A model generated the notes under the pieces. That model made no database searches. It had not been told where the DNA came from and saw nothing but the letters and a program-made list of their open reading frames with translations. A program made the position numbers and the translations under genes. Below are positions 40,450 through 52,200 of a stretch of DNA of 56,206 bases, piece after piece. This DNA is from Octopus bimaculoides (taxonomy: Eukaryota), in NCBI RefSeq assembly GCF_001194135.2, contig NC_068986.1:23987674-24043879 (forward strand), in the 5' to 3' direction. Position 1 is the stretch's first letter. Each line of letters starts with the position of its first letter.

Positions 40450-40940
40450 TAGGAGATAAAAAGTTAATACCAATAATGAATAGTACAAATAATACAAATA
40501 ATAAGATGAAATTGGTAAAATAAAACCATAAAGGGAAAAGATTTTATGAACAAATCAGTGACAGAAATAAATAAATTAAAAAATTTAAATAAAAAATAAA
40601 ATGGTAGAAAATAAAATGTATTAAACATTAAATAATAAATAATAAATAATAAAATATGTAAAAATTAAATAAGAACTGAATAAATATAAAATAATAAAAT
40701 AGATAAAAAATAAAGTAAAATAAAAGATAAAAATAGAAAAATAGTAAATATATAAAATAAAAGGATCACAATAAACACAAGAACGACTTGAACAGAAATA
40801 AACGAATAAGAAACAAATAAAAGAAATTAATAAAATATAACCGAATAAAAAATAAGAGAATAAACGATAAAAATCGATAATAAATGTTAAAAGTTTTTAA
40901 AAAATGAATAAAATTAATAGATATATATGAGTAAAAATAA
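40450..40940. repeat. A-rich low-complexity tract (T-rich on the PLE sense strand)
   Basis: Degenerate aaataa/aaaat repeats immediately 3' of the minus-strand PLE. Confidence 0.9.
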
Positions 40941-40959
40941 GATAGGGTAAGAAAGTATT

Positions 40960-41440
40960 TCTTGAGGGAGGTGTAGAGTTATTTGTGGTGGATTGGCTGA
41001 CCAAGCGAGAATTACGGGCGACGGGGGTGTTCGTACGTTGACGAACATCTCGTAGATGTTCGGTGAACCGATCGGCTAGCCTGCGGCCAGTCTGACCAAC
41101 CTAAAGTTTACTGCAGAGATTACACCTGATGCAGTAAATAAAAGTGGAAGAAGTACGGAAGGAGTTCCTAATGTAGAGAGTGTGCTGGTTGGATCTGGTG
41201 AGGGGGTGGTGTTAGAGGTTAAGAGACAGTTGTGGCAACGGGATCTGGAGCAAGGGAAGGATCTGCGTTGGGTTGGAATAGGAGGAGGTTACTGCGGACA
41301 AGTAGATCGCGTAGATCACGGCCGTGTTTGAAGGAGGGCAACGGTGGATTGCGGAAAATAGGCAGAGTGAAGGTATCTGGCTGGAGGCGACAGAAACCCG
41401 TAGGATCATCCGACGAAAGGGTAGTCGTTACTTTAAATTT
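40960..41440 (-). mobile_element. Penelope-like element 3' part (linker and GIY-YIG endonuclease), decayed
   Basis: Minus strand: IFRNPPLPSFKHGRDLRDLLVRS; RSFPCSRSRCHNC; GQTGRRLADRFTEHLRDVR..TPVAR. Confidence 0.9.
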
Positions 41441-41913
41441 GAGTATTGCAAGAAGTTATTGTATTTAGCCCTGTGTGGCTATAATAAAAAGATATCTGTA
41501 GACCTATTAAAATCAAGAAACGTTGCACTAGTCTCTTCTATTATAGGCACAAGACTTGAAATTTTGTGGGAGCGTGGTAGTTAATGATATCAACCCTAAT
41601 GCTCAAGTGGTACTTGTTTTTCGAAAGTATGGAAGATAAATACGGACGAAATGCTGCTAAACATTTTGCCCGGCTCGCTAACGATTGTTAGGTCACCGCC
41701 TTGTCAATAACCATAATAATAATAATGAAGAAATATTTCACTATTATTATATTTTAACATCAAGTTTATGTGAACAATAAATTATTACTGCATTGCATTT
41801 AACTTGGCAATGAGATATTTGTATTGCATGGCTGAGAGGAATATTACAAGCCATTATCGTTCGACAGCACTGGCTAATGTGACACAAACGTCCGCATTTA
41901 TATAATACACATA

Positions 41914-41945
41914 CTAGTGGGACCCGTGTAAATTCCACAGACTGA
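41914..41945 (-). mobile_element. Helitron-type 3' terminus
   Basis: Minus strand: ctgtg gaattta cacgg gtccca CTAG|T, a short hairpin followed by CTAG and a T target. The 5' end was not located. Confidence 0.5.
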
Positions 41946-42497
41946 AAATTTAAGAGGACTTATTTAAGAAAGAAAGGACGATTTGCATTTTTATAGCATT
42001 CTTAGTTTAGCCTTCTTTAAATATATTTGACTTTCGTCTACAACCATTTCCTCGCGTCTCCGTCGGTGTTGACTTTTGTATCTTTTCACTATATTTTCTC
42101 CTTATTCCTCTCTGATGCGTGTGTTCTCTATCTGCGCATCCTTTCTCGGGCAGCTTGCAAACATCTTTCTTATGAATCCATAATTTACGCTAGATTAACT
42201 CTTATAAACAAATATCAATTTTCAACTAAGCAATGATAAATAATTCCACTTAAGCGTATGTGTTACGCGATGCTCTCTTTCTAAAAAAGAAAAAAAAAAC
42301 TTAGTTCAATAAAAAAAATTTTTTTACTATCAACACACTGCCACCACCAATAGTTTTCAGTAACACAACTCATTTCATTTCAGTTCAGCTATTTGTTCTT
42401 TTGTTTATTTATTTAATTTTTTGTGTGTCGATGTATCTCTACTCTGAAAATACAAACTTCCGTCTCTCTCAGTCTCTCTCTTCTCCTCCTGTCGGTT

Positions 42498-42536
<39 letters not shown>

Positions 42537-43410
42537 NNNNNNNNNNNNNNNNNNNNNNNNNNNNNNNNNNNNNNNNNNNNNNNNNNNNNNNNNNNNNNNN
42601 NNNNNNNNNNNNNNNNNNNNNNNNNNNNNNNNNNNNNNNNNNNNNNNNNNNNNNNNNNNNNNNNNNNNNNNNNNNNNNNNNNNNNNNNNNNNNNNNNNNN
42701 NNNNNNNNNNNNNNNNNNNNNNNNNNNNNNNNNNNNNNNNNNNNNNNNNNNNNNNNNNNNNNNNNNNNNNNNNNNNNNNNNNNNNNNNNNNNNNNNNNNN
42801 NNNNNNNNNNNNNNNNNNNNNNNNNNNNNNNNNNNNNNNNNNNNNNNNNNNNNNNNNNNNNNNNNNNNNNNNNNNNNNNNNNNNNNNNNNNNNNNNNNNN
42901 NNNNNNNNNNNNNNNNNNNNNNNNNNNNNNNNNNNNNNNNNNNNNNNNNNNNNNNNNNNNNNNNNNNNNNNNNNNNNNNNNNNNNNNNNNNNNNNNNNNN
43001 NNNNNNNNNNNNNNNNNNNNNNNNNNNNNNNNNNNNNNNNNNNNNNNNNNNNNNNNNNNNNNNNNNNNNNNNNNNNNNNNNNNNNNNNNNNNNNNNNNNN
43101 NNNNNNNNNNNNNNNNNNNNNNNNNNNNNNNNNNNNNNNNNNNNNNNNNNNNNNNNNNNNNNNNNNNNNNNNNNNNNNNNNNNNNNNNNNNNNNNNNNNN
43201 NNNNNNNNNNNNNNNNNNNNNNNNNNNNNNNNNNNNNNNNNNNNNNNNNNNNNNNNNNNNNNNNNNNNNNNNNNNNNNNNNNNNNNNNNNNNNNNNNNNN
43301 NNNNNNNNNNNNNNNNNNNNNNNNNNNNNNNNNNNNNNNNNNNNNNNNNNNNNNNNNNNNNNNNNNNNNNNNNNNNNNNNNNNNNNNNNNNNNNNNNNNN
43401 NNNNNNNNNT
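42537..43410. other. Assembly gap after (CT)n
   Basis: N run. Confidence 1.
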
Positions 43411-43660
43411 TATAGGAATTAGCTACTTTTAGTATGTGCCACTTTAGTTTATATTCTATCTTATCGTCGTTTAGTTCCCAGATATATCTACTAAGCCCTG
43501 TAGAATTTGCCTTATTTCTGTTTTTAAAACTCGATAGGTGCTCGTTATATCTTAAGCGTATTTGGTTTTTCGTTGCACCAATGTAAGATTTAGTGTGGCT
43601 GTTTGTTTGTACATCACATTGGTAAAAACCTCCACAATGACTCATTACATAACCTCCACG
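43411..43660 (-). mobile_element. Penelope-like GIY-YIG endonuclease fragment, cut by the gap
   Basis: FYQCDVQTNSHTKSYIGATKNQIRLRYNEHLSSFKNRNKANSTGLSRYIWELNDDKIEYKLKWHILKVANSY, open up to the gap. Confidence 0.9.
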
Positions 43661-43727
43661 TAATAAAACAACGGTTAACTAATCCAACAATATTGCTTTT
43701 TCTTGTAATTGTTGCTCCATTCTCCAC

Positions 43728-43773
<46 letters not shown>

Positions 43774-44756
43774 GTTTGCATATACAAATATATATATATA
43801 TCTACATAACTGCATCCCCTGTCATTTCTCTCTATCTGCTTTACTTCAACTTCACCACCCTCTGCTAAATATTGTATCCTAAACATATCTCCTTTCTCTT
43901 TGCTTTGCTCTTCAGCTAACTTTTTAACTGTTCCTCCTCCACTCTACCGTACGCCGTTCTCTTTTATTTTCTTTCACCCTCATTCCCTCACACACTCTCT
44001 CTCTCTCTCACACACACACTTTCTATCTCTCTCTCTTGGTTTCAACCTTCAGCTAACCACGTGACGCATTTGGCCTTAGTGCATTAGCATTATATACTTT
44101 TCTCTACTTCTTCCTCTTTTCTTTCTTCTCCACTCTTTCGCCCACTCCTCCCTCACTCTTTTTTCTTCTCACTCTTACTCCACCTCTCTAACAAACTAAA
44201 GTCTAACAGGCGAAGGAAAAAGCAGAATTATATATAGATACGCTGAGTTTCCGCATAGTCTCCTCTTATGAAATGCATCGACAATCAAGTAAAGAAGAGA
44301 CTTAAGCAAGGTACCACACAGGGGTACTGAACATGAACAATCTGATGTGAAGCGGAATTATTAACTGTCAAATTTTCTTTGTGCCAAAGAAAATTAGTTT
44401 TAGTGTCTAATAAGTTTATCTAGCTTGGTCATAGACACAACACAACCGATAATACAAAATATCGGCTTCTCAGCTGTAGTCAAGCCATTTATATCTACGC
44501 CTTGCTAAAATTCCGCTGTAGTATATACACTACTTAAATAGTATAAATATTTTATATTCTGTCCAGATGTTTCCACCAAATAAATTTCTTTCCTAATATA
44601 TCTTCTCTTATTAAAGAAAAGGTTTTAGTATCACATTACACCAGTCTTCAATTTCGGTTACTTCCTTAATGACAAATTTAATCTATGAATATACAGAAAT
44701 GCGTGTGTGTATGTGTGGACATGTGTATGTGTCGTTGTGTATATATATATATATAT

Positions 44757-45333
44757 NNNNNNNNNNNNNNNNNNNNNNNNNNNNNNNNNNNNNNNNNNNN
44801 NNNNNNNNNNNNNNNNNNNNNNNNNNNNNNNNNNNNNNNNNNNNNNNNNNNNNNNNNNNNNNNNNNNNNNNNNNNNNNNNNNNNNNNNNNNNNNNNNNNN
44901 NNNNNNNNNNNNNNNNNNNNNNNNNNNNNNNNNNNNNNNNNNNNNNNNNNNNNNNNNNNNNNNNNNNNNNNNNNNNNNNNNNNNNNNNNNNNNNNNNNNN
45001 NNNNNNNNNNNNNNNNNNNNNNNNNNNNNNNNNNNNNNNNNNNNNNNNNNNNNNNNNNNNNNNNNNNNNNNNNNNNNNNNNNNNNNNNNNNNNNNNNNNN
45101 NNNNNNNNNNNNNNNNNNNNNNNNNNNNNNNNNNNNNNNNNNNNNNNNNNNNNNNNNNNNNNNNNNNNNNNNNNNNNNNNNNNNNNNNNNNNNNNNNNNN
45201 NNNNNNNNNNNNNNNNNNNNNNNNNNNNNNNNNNNNNNNNNNNNNNNNNNNNNNNNNNNNNNNNNNNNNNNNNNNNNNNNNNNNNNNNNNNNNNNNNNNN
45301 NNNNNNNNNNNNNNNNNNNNNNNNNNNNNNNNN
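44757..45333. other. Assembly gap between (TA)n runs
   Basis: N run. Confidence 1.
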
Positions 45334-45364
<31 letters not shown>

Positions 45365-45563
45365 GATAAATACAAATTGTGAACAGGACATCACCAACAA
45401 GTGAAGAATACGTGAGCACGCAAGAGATAACGACAGGGCAAAGCACTCCTCATCAGTTGACGGGTTGTTTGTTACTCCTATTTCATGCTTTTAACAACAA
45501 TATGATGAACTTTATAAGGCAGTAGCATCCAGAAAACTTTTAAATATAAAATTAATGGAGATT

Positions 45564-45598
<35 letters not shown>

Positions 45599-45797
45599 AT
45601 ATGTGTGTGTACGTGTGTGTGTGTGTGTCTGTGCGTTTGTGTGTGCGTGTTTATATGTATGTAGTATGTATGTGCATGTAAGTAGATGTATATATGTATA
45701 TATATGTATATGTATGCATGTATAAATATATATGTGTGTGTATATGTACGTATATATATATATATATATATGCATAAATAAATAAATAAGTATATAT

Positions 45798-45833
<36 letters not shown>

Positions 45834-46523
45834 AAATTAATAAATAAATCAATATATATATACATATGTACATTAATGCGTGCGCGCGCGCGTCCTTTTG
45901 TTGCGTTTTTTCAAGCACCACTGCTTGACATATGTAGCATCAGAAAGAGGCTTAAACCAAAAGCCTTCAGACACTCGTGCAGTCCCCAACATTCCCACAG
46001 TCCAATGACTGTCACAAGTAATAAGAAGCAATTGCGCTTCAGTATCATACGATCTCCTTTGTAACATGATTATTGTCAACATTGCCAGAACCATTTACCA
46101 AACTATATTTTTTATAGGAATATTTACACCATCTAATTCTCAAAACAATACTTGTGCTCCTTGTAGCTAATACTGAGGTCAGCTGAAGTTTAACAGAAAC
46201 TAGAACTCTTAGTATATTTCAATACCATCTCCCAATTTCAACCATTTCCTTCCTTAACGTCTTTCCCTTACTCTACATGATATTTGGTCACTTAATTCTT
46301 CACCTCCTACTAACAGTAATCTTCAAGTTTGAGCGTCTTGTATAAATTATGTTGGTGTATAGATTAATGTATACTATAATTGAGTTAATGATTCGATTAG
46401 TGTGTAGGGCCATCATATCTAAGACTCCTAAAAGCCTTGCTTAAGAGAAACACGTGTCTGCATTTTATACGACGTAAAGTCTCACTCTCTTCATTTTTCT
46501 ATCCTTCACACACACAAACACAC

Positions 46524-46575
<52 letters not shown>

Positions 46576-46579
<4 letters not shown>

Positions 46580-46744
46580 GATTAGATTCCTCACAATCTC
46601 CGTTTACCAAGTTCACTCACAAGAAATTATTCGGCCAGCAGCTACAGTGAAAATCCTATGCGCAATATATGTGACGCGTTCTCCGATTCAAATCGAAACC
46701 GGGGGCCTGCAAAGTGAGCTTCTTAAACCCAAAGCATACACCTG
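46576..46744 (-). mobile_element. SINE family A 5' half, degenerate
   Basis: tccgtttaccaagttcactcacaag...cggccagcagctacagtgaaa is the reverse complement of the family A body and ends at the (TA)n tract. Confidence 0.75.
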
Positions 46745-47060
46745 AGTAAGTGTTTTATTTATTTCTAATGATATCTTTTTATTATCAATAAATTTATCTG
46801 GTTGATACATGCAAATTTTAAAATGCATAACAGGTTTCAGAATATTAAAACAGATAGTTGGAATTTATGAAAATTTATTTCATCCATTCTTCAAGCATTA
46901 TTGATTATTTTGATAGCTGAATGTCGGAGTGGAGCTGATTAGTGTATAGAAAAGTGGACAAACATTACCAAAGGAAAATGTAAAAAAACGGAAGTATATA
47001 TATATATATATATTCTGAATAACGCATTTTCTTTTTTGATGATTTGTCATTTTTACTATA

Positions 47061-47520
47061 AGGAAGTGCAAGCATGGTTTAAGGATAGAGAAGTTCGCTT
47101 CACAACCAAGTGGTGTCTGACTGCGTGGAATTCTGGGCAAATATATTTTAATATTGTCCCGTGTTCAAGGCGGTGAGATGGCACAAACATTAGCACGCTG
47201 AGTGAAATGCTTTACGTTCTCAGTTCAAATTCCACCGAAGTGGACTTTGCCTTTCATCCTTTCAGGGTCGATAAATTAAGTACCAGTTGCGTCCTGGGGT
47301 CGGTCTAATCGACTGGCCCCCTCTTCAAATATTTCGGGCCTTGTGCCTAGAGTAGAAAAGAATATTGTCCTGTGTTTATCAATGCATTAGGAATTGTTAT
47401 GTTAGACGGAACCCGTGAGAAATTCGTAGTGTGCATGTGTGTGCGTGCATGCATATCACTAAGTTGTCTCCCCACCACTTGACGTATGATGTTGGATCTA
47501 TGCCCTAACGACCGGGCATA
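47061..47520 (+). mobile_element. Old SINE family A copy interrupted by a family B SINE
   Basis: Removing 47166-47376 restores gggcaaatatattttaatattgtcccgtgtttatcaatgcattaggaattgttatgttagacggaaccc, colinear with the family A body. Confidence 0.7.
47166..47360 (+). mobile_element. SINE family B with 16-bp target-site duplication
   Basis: aatattgtcccgtgtt (47150-47165) and aatattgtcctgtgtt (47361-47376), 15/16 identical. Head aaggcggtgagatggcac, B-box-like gttcaaattcc. Confidence 0.92.
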
Positions 47521-47651
47521 GCAAGATCACCAGTGGTTTCACGCTTACATTAACGCTCGTCAGTGGGTTTGAGCGGCGACTTGGGTTAAACAGTGAGAGC
47601 TACTGACGAGCGTTAATGTAATGGTGAAGCCACTGGTGACCCAGCTATGCC
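47515..47651. repeat. Inverted repeat, 50-bp arms, 37-nt spacer
   Basis: 47515-47564 versus reverse complement of 47602-47651: 44/50 identical, inner 20 bp perfect. Confidence 0.95.
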
Positions 47652-47847
47652 TGATGCTTAGTGATCTTGCCTCCCTTGTCAATAAATAAGAGGGTGATGC
47701 GTTATTATAGCTATGATTTGTTTTGACTTTTATTTCTTGCAATACTGGTATTGAACAACACCCCTAGACGCTTTAGTGACGTATATATTTTTGTCTTTCG
47801 GTTGAAATATTGCTAAGAAACCACCCCTCTTATTTATATATATATAT

Positions 47848-47885
<38 letters not shown>

Positions 47886-48921
47886 ATATACATAAATCAG
47901 TTCAACTTTGTTGATTTTATTTCTTCCCACTATATGTATGTTTGTATGTTGGATAGATAGACAGATAGAAAGATAGATAGATAGACTGACGTACTTGTAT
48001 ATGTGTGTGTTTGTTTGCTATTGTGCTACGCAACTGTTAAATAAATCCTCAAAGAATTCGTATTTAGATTATTCCAGCCTTCATGTTCATACTCACACCA
48101 TAGAGCCATAATAACATATATTTTATTTTATAGTAACAAGATATAATGATTATTGCAGCCTGCAATAATGAAATAATAATAAACTAGACAGACTAACAGA
48201 ATTTTATCTCTTAAATTTATATTTGATCCACAAATGCAGAGAGCTACACAACAGTGTTACATTAGTTAAGTTTTTTGATCATGCCTTCGATTTTATACCA
48301 AAGCTGAGATGATAGAATGCTTAATTGTGCACACGAAATGTGACAATTAAAATAATATAATAGCTAAGAAACATGGAAGCATTTGTAATAAATGCTAAAC
48401 CAAAACGAGAAACATTTAACTAATCCGTAGTAGCACATAACACGTAAATTATCGCATTCCTATGAGATTATTATATATTTCTATTAATTACTCCGTGTAT
48501 TATATTACAGCAGAAAATGGCTGGCTTATAATAACGTTTCTTTTAAATAGCTAGATAAATTTACCTCTTAATAGCTATTGATAATCAATACAAAATAAAT
48601 CATTAAGAACTATAAAATCGTCTGCGCAGCGAAAGAGTGACAGAAAAGTATATTATGTTGAGTAATATGGTTTCCAAAGAAAATAAATGTAACACAATGA
48701 AATATTGTTTGAGAAAACAAATCACGGTCGATACAGAGGAGATTGGCGGTCTCTTTTTAATATTATCACAATCCGTTGCTTCATCAGACTTGCAGAAAAT
48801 AAACTTTCACATATTTCATCATTGATGATGATATATTTTGCTTTCAAGGAGGAGCTCAAGTATTAAGTAGAAGAAATATATTTAATAAGGTTTTTCAAAG
48901 TATTAAAGATGAGTAGTATTT

Positions 48922-48923
48922 GT

Positions 48924-49006
<83 letters not shown>

Positions 49007-49094
49007 CATATATGTATATATATATATATATATATAATACAAATCATATATGAGCATATGCATGTATACATACATATATGTACATACCTACATC

Positions 49095-49161
<67 letters not shown>

Positions 49162-49200
49162 GCAAGACAGACAAACGGACACACAGACAGACAGACAGAC
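48922..49200. repeat. Compound (CA)n, (TA)n, (GACA)n microsatellite
   Basis: Simple repeats. Confidence 0.95.
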
Positions 49201-49399
49201 AGAAAGAGATGTTTGTGTATGTGTGTGCGCGTGTATAGATAAATATATACCTATATATACATAGATATCTACATGCATATACATACATAGACATATACAC
49301 AGAAATGACAGAAGTAAATAGACACCCTTATAGTCATTTATATATATTTAAATCTGAAATTATACATTCATATTATTTATTAATTATAATGTGAATAGC

Positions 49400-50460
49400 T
49401 AATATTTAGTAGAGATGCCTTTCGCATTTTTCAATGCAATGATCCTAGTAGGCATGTTACCTATCAGATGACGAATATTCCCTTTGCGGAATATCTTCCC
49501 AAATTTCATGCAGTAATCTGAAAGTATCTAGCATTGAAGATACTTTCTTGTTCTTTTTATGAAGGACCCTGCCCGTTATCTCACAGAGGTGTTCAATAGT
49601 GTTCATATCTGGTACTGGCTTGGTCATGGAACCTTTTTTAATGCCGTTGTCATCCAACAGATCTTGGGCCATTTTAGCCGTGTGACAAGGAGCCCTGTCT
49701 TCCATAGATAAAGAGTCTTCTTTAATCATTTCACTACTGGAAAAGATTGGAAGGAGTCCTTTCTGCAACAAGGACACATATTTATCTGAGTTTATGTTAT
49801 CCTCACACTCCACCAGCTCTGACCAACCATTGCTCTAAATTGCTCCCCAGACCATCACAGAATAGTTGCTGCGTTTTATTGTTGGCCGCAATCGTTTCAC
49901 ATCAAATTCTTGATCACAGAGTCCCCACACCCACACTCGACCACTGTCAGGAAATACAGCAAATCTGGACTCATCAGAGAATATGACAGTATTCCAAAAT
50001 GCTTGTGGCCTCTCCACCATCTCACTGTCCCAGGCATTTCTCCGCTTGATGTTAGCTGGTCGAAGACGTGGCCTACTTGTTGCTGCTCTGCCATAACAAC
50101 CAAGTTTGTAGAGATACCAGAAAACTGTTCTGGGATTGACATTAATTTGCTCTGCTATGTCAGAGTCCTTGCAACGAGGATTAGCCTCCACAATTCTCTT
50201 ATCAAAGACAAGTGTACTGTTTGAAGGGCTCTGATTGACCTGGAGGAGGTGATGTGAACTCCTTCCCCTTTCTGGTGAATTGCACAATCACTCTGTTAAC
50301 TGTTGCTAATTACCAGGGAATTACATAAATGCTCTTCTGGAATAGTTGATTCTGGAGTTGGTATAAGCTTCAAATAGACAGGATTGTGTGCACATTCATA
50401 CAAGAGGAGATTTTGGAAAAGCATAGTCAATGTTAGACCATTGTCACCCATTCACCTTTT
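49400..50460 (-). mobile_element. Tc1-family (DD34E) transposon relic
   Basis: ORF 49835-50287: WNTVIFSDESRF...VMVWGAI. ORF 49457-49813: MEDRAPCHTAK...PDMNTIEH, with exactly 34 residues between D and E. TIRs not identified. Confidence 0.93.
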
Positions 50461-51045
50461 AGCGTTGTTTCCTATTATTTTCATCTTTACATGAAGAATT
50501 AAAGGCACTATAGAAAAAAATACGTGCAAATTTCCAGAACAAAACTATTGTAATATGCTACAAAAGAAAATGTATGAATAAAAGTTTTGCAACACGCATT
50601 GATATGTAAAAAAACTCGAGGACAGAATCTATGATATTATTATGCACAGTTTTATACTTTGGCAACGCTTTGATAAAACCATATACGCTGAACTACATTC
50701 CTGTTTTGGGGGATAGAGAAAGTGAATTTAACTAAACTGGAGGTCACAGTGACAGTAAATAACGTACAGGAAATGCCCCAGTGAGCTGTGGGATTTAGAA
50801 AAGAATCATTAGTAAAATATATACAGCACTTAATTTATAATATTAATTTGTCAGGTAATTGCCTTACGGATAATTAATATAAGTGTTGTCCCTATAATAG
50901 ATTATATTTTAGATTTCATTTATCAACCAATTGTTACAATTAATATAAGTGGGGTATTTATTATTGATTATGATTTCGACTTCGTATATACACAGACGGC
51001 AACAGAGGAAAATTATTGATTATATCGAACAGTTTTGCAACGCGT

Positions 51046-51210
51046 GAAGGTGCGTGGCTTAGTAGATAGTAGTGTTCAGCTCATACTCAAAAGATCACGG
51101 ATTTATTTCCTGAGTATTGTGGTTTTAAGCAAAAACAATCCTTGTTACTCTAGTTTACTCAGCTTTAATTAATATCATCTGGTGCAGCCCTGTCCCCATC
51201 CAGCGTTCAC
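51046..51210 (+). mobile_element. tRNA-derived SINE, family C, degenerate 5' part
   Basis: gaaggtgcgtggcttagtagatagtagtgttcagctcat...ttaagcaaaaca...ctctagtttactcagct; tRNA-like A-box. Confidence 0.55.
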
Positions 51211-51702
51211 ATCTTGTCTGATTTGTTGGTTCAATTTTACTGAAGCCTTGAAAGCATCATGTACTCCTATTTGCAACAATAGATGAGCCTAAAAAAAGTT
51301 AGGGAAAGCATAAAACAAGTTTCTAGCTCATAGTTATTTATGACTGGTGGCTGGCTTTATTATACTTTATATTACGCAGTTCATTCTCTTGAACATTTAT
51401 TGATGACGTCAGATATATATTAGAATTAAATGAGCGTCCTTTAAAACAACATTCTTGAAATGTGTTGGTATTAGTTTTGATGAAACTAACTTCAGCTCCG
51501 AAGCGTGGCAGCTAAGAGTATTCCTGTTTTCTTCTTAGTCCCCGTGCACGACAATCATAATAGTGAACGGATAATAATTATCAACTAAAGGCAATGTTGT
51601 TATGAGTATCTGTTAAGCCAAAAGTGATCAATGATCAAACATATCTATGATTAAATGTATTCTTTTCCAGTTGTGACTAACCTATTAATATTTAGTTAAC
51701 CT

Positions 51703-51921
51703 AAGGCAGCGAACTGGGAGAATCGTTTGCATGCAAGACAAAGCGCAGAGCGGCATTTCGTCCGTTATCACGTTCTAAGTTCAATTTTCAACAAGGTCGA
51801 CCTTGCATTTTATCCTTTTGAGTTCGATGAATTAGGTACCAGCCGTGCATTGAAGTCGATGTAATTAACTAACTCACTCCAGGAAATTTAAAATCTTGTG
51901 TTTGCAGCAGAAAGAATTATT
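51703..51921 (+). mobile_element. SINE family B
   Basis: aaggcagcgaactgggagaatcgtt...gttctaagttcaa...ggtcgaccttgcattttatcc...aggtaccag; ends gaattatt. Confidence 0.85.
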
Positions 51922-51985
51922 CGGGTACTCTACACCAAAGACTTCAGAAGTGAAAGTACAAATCCTTTACAAGCCGTTAGATTGT

Positions 51986-52200
51986 GATAATAACTTCAAA
52001 TTTTGACACAAGTTCAGCGGTTTCGGTGAGCAAGTCGATGACATCGATCCCAGTGCTCAACTGGTACTTATTTTATCGAACCTGAAATTATGAAAGGCAA
52101 AGCCAACTTCGGTGGAATTTGAACTCAGAACGTAGAGACACACACGAAAGGAGCGAAGACTTTTGGTCGGCGCGGTAAGGAGCCTGCTAGCCCGCCACCT
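51986..52200 (-). mobile_element. SINE family B
   Basis: ctggtacttattttatcgaac...gaaaggcaaagccaacttcggtggaatttgaactcagaacgta is the reverse complement of the family B core. Confidence 0.85.

Noticed and set aside
44195-44265. ggcgaaggaaa...tttccg, a possible hammerhead remnant
   Set aside because: The core boxes are too degraded (no CUGA, no GAAA).
46000-46360. Possible RTE-type relic on the minus strand
   Set aside because: Only vague motif resemblance, not supportable without a profile search.
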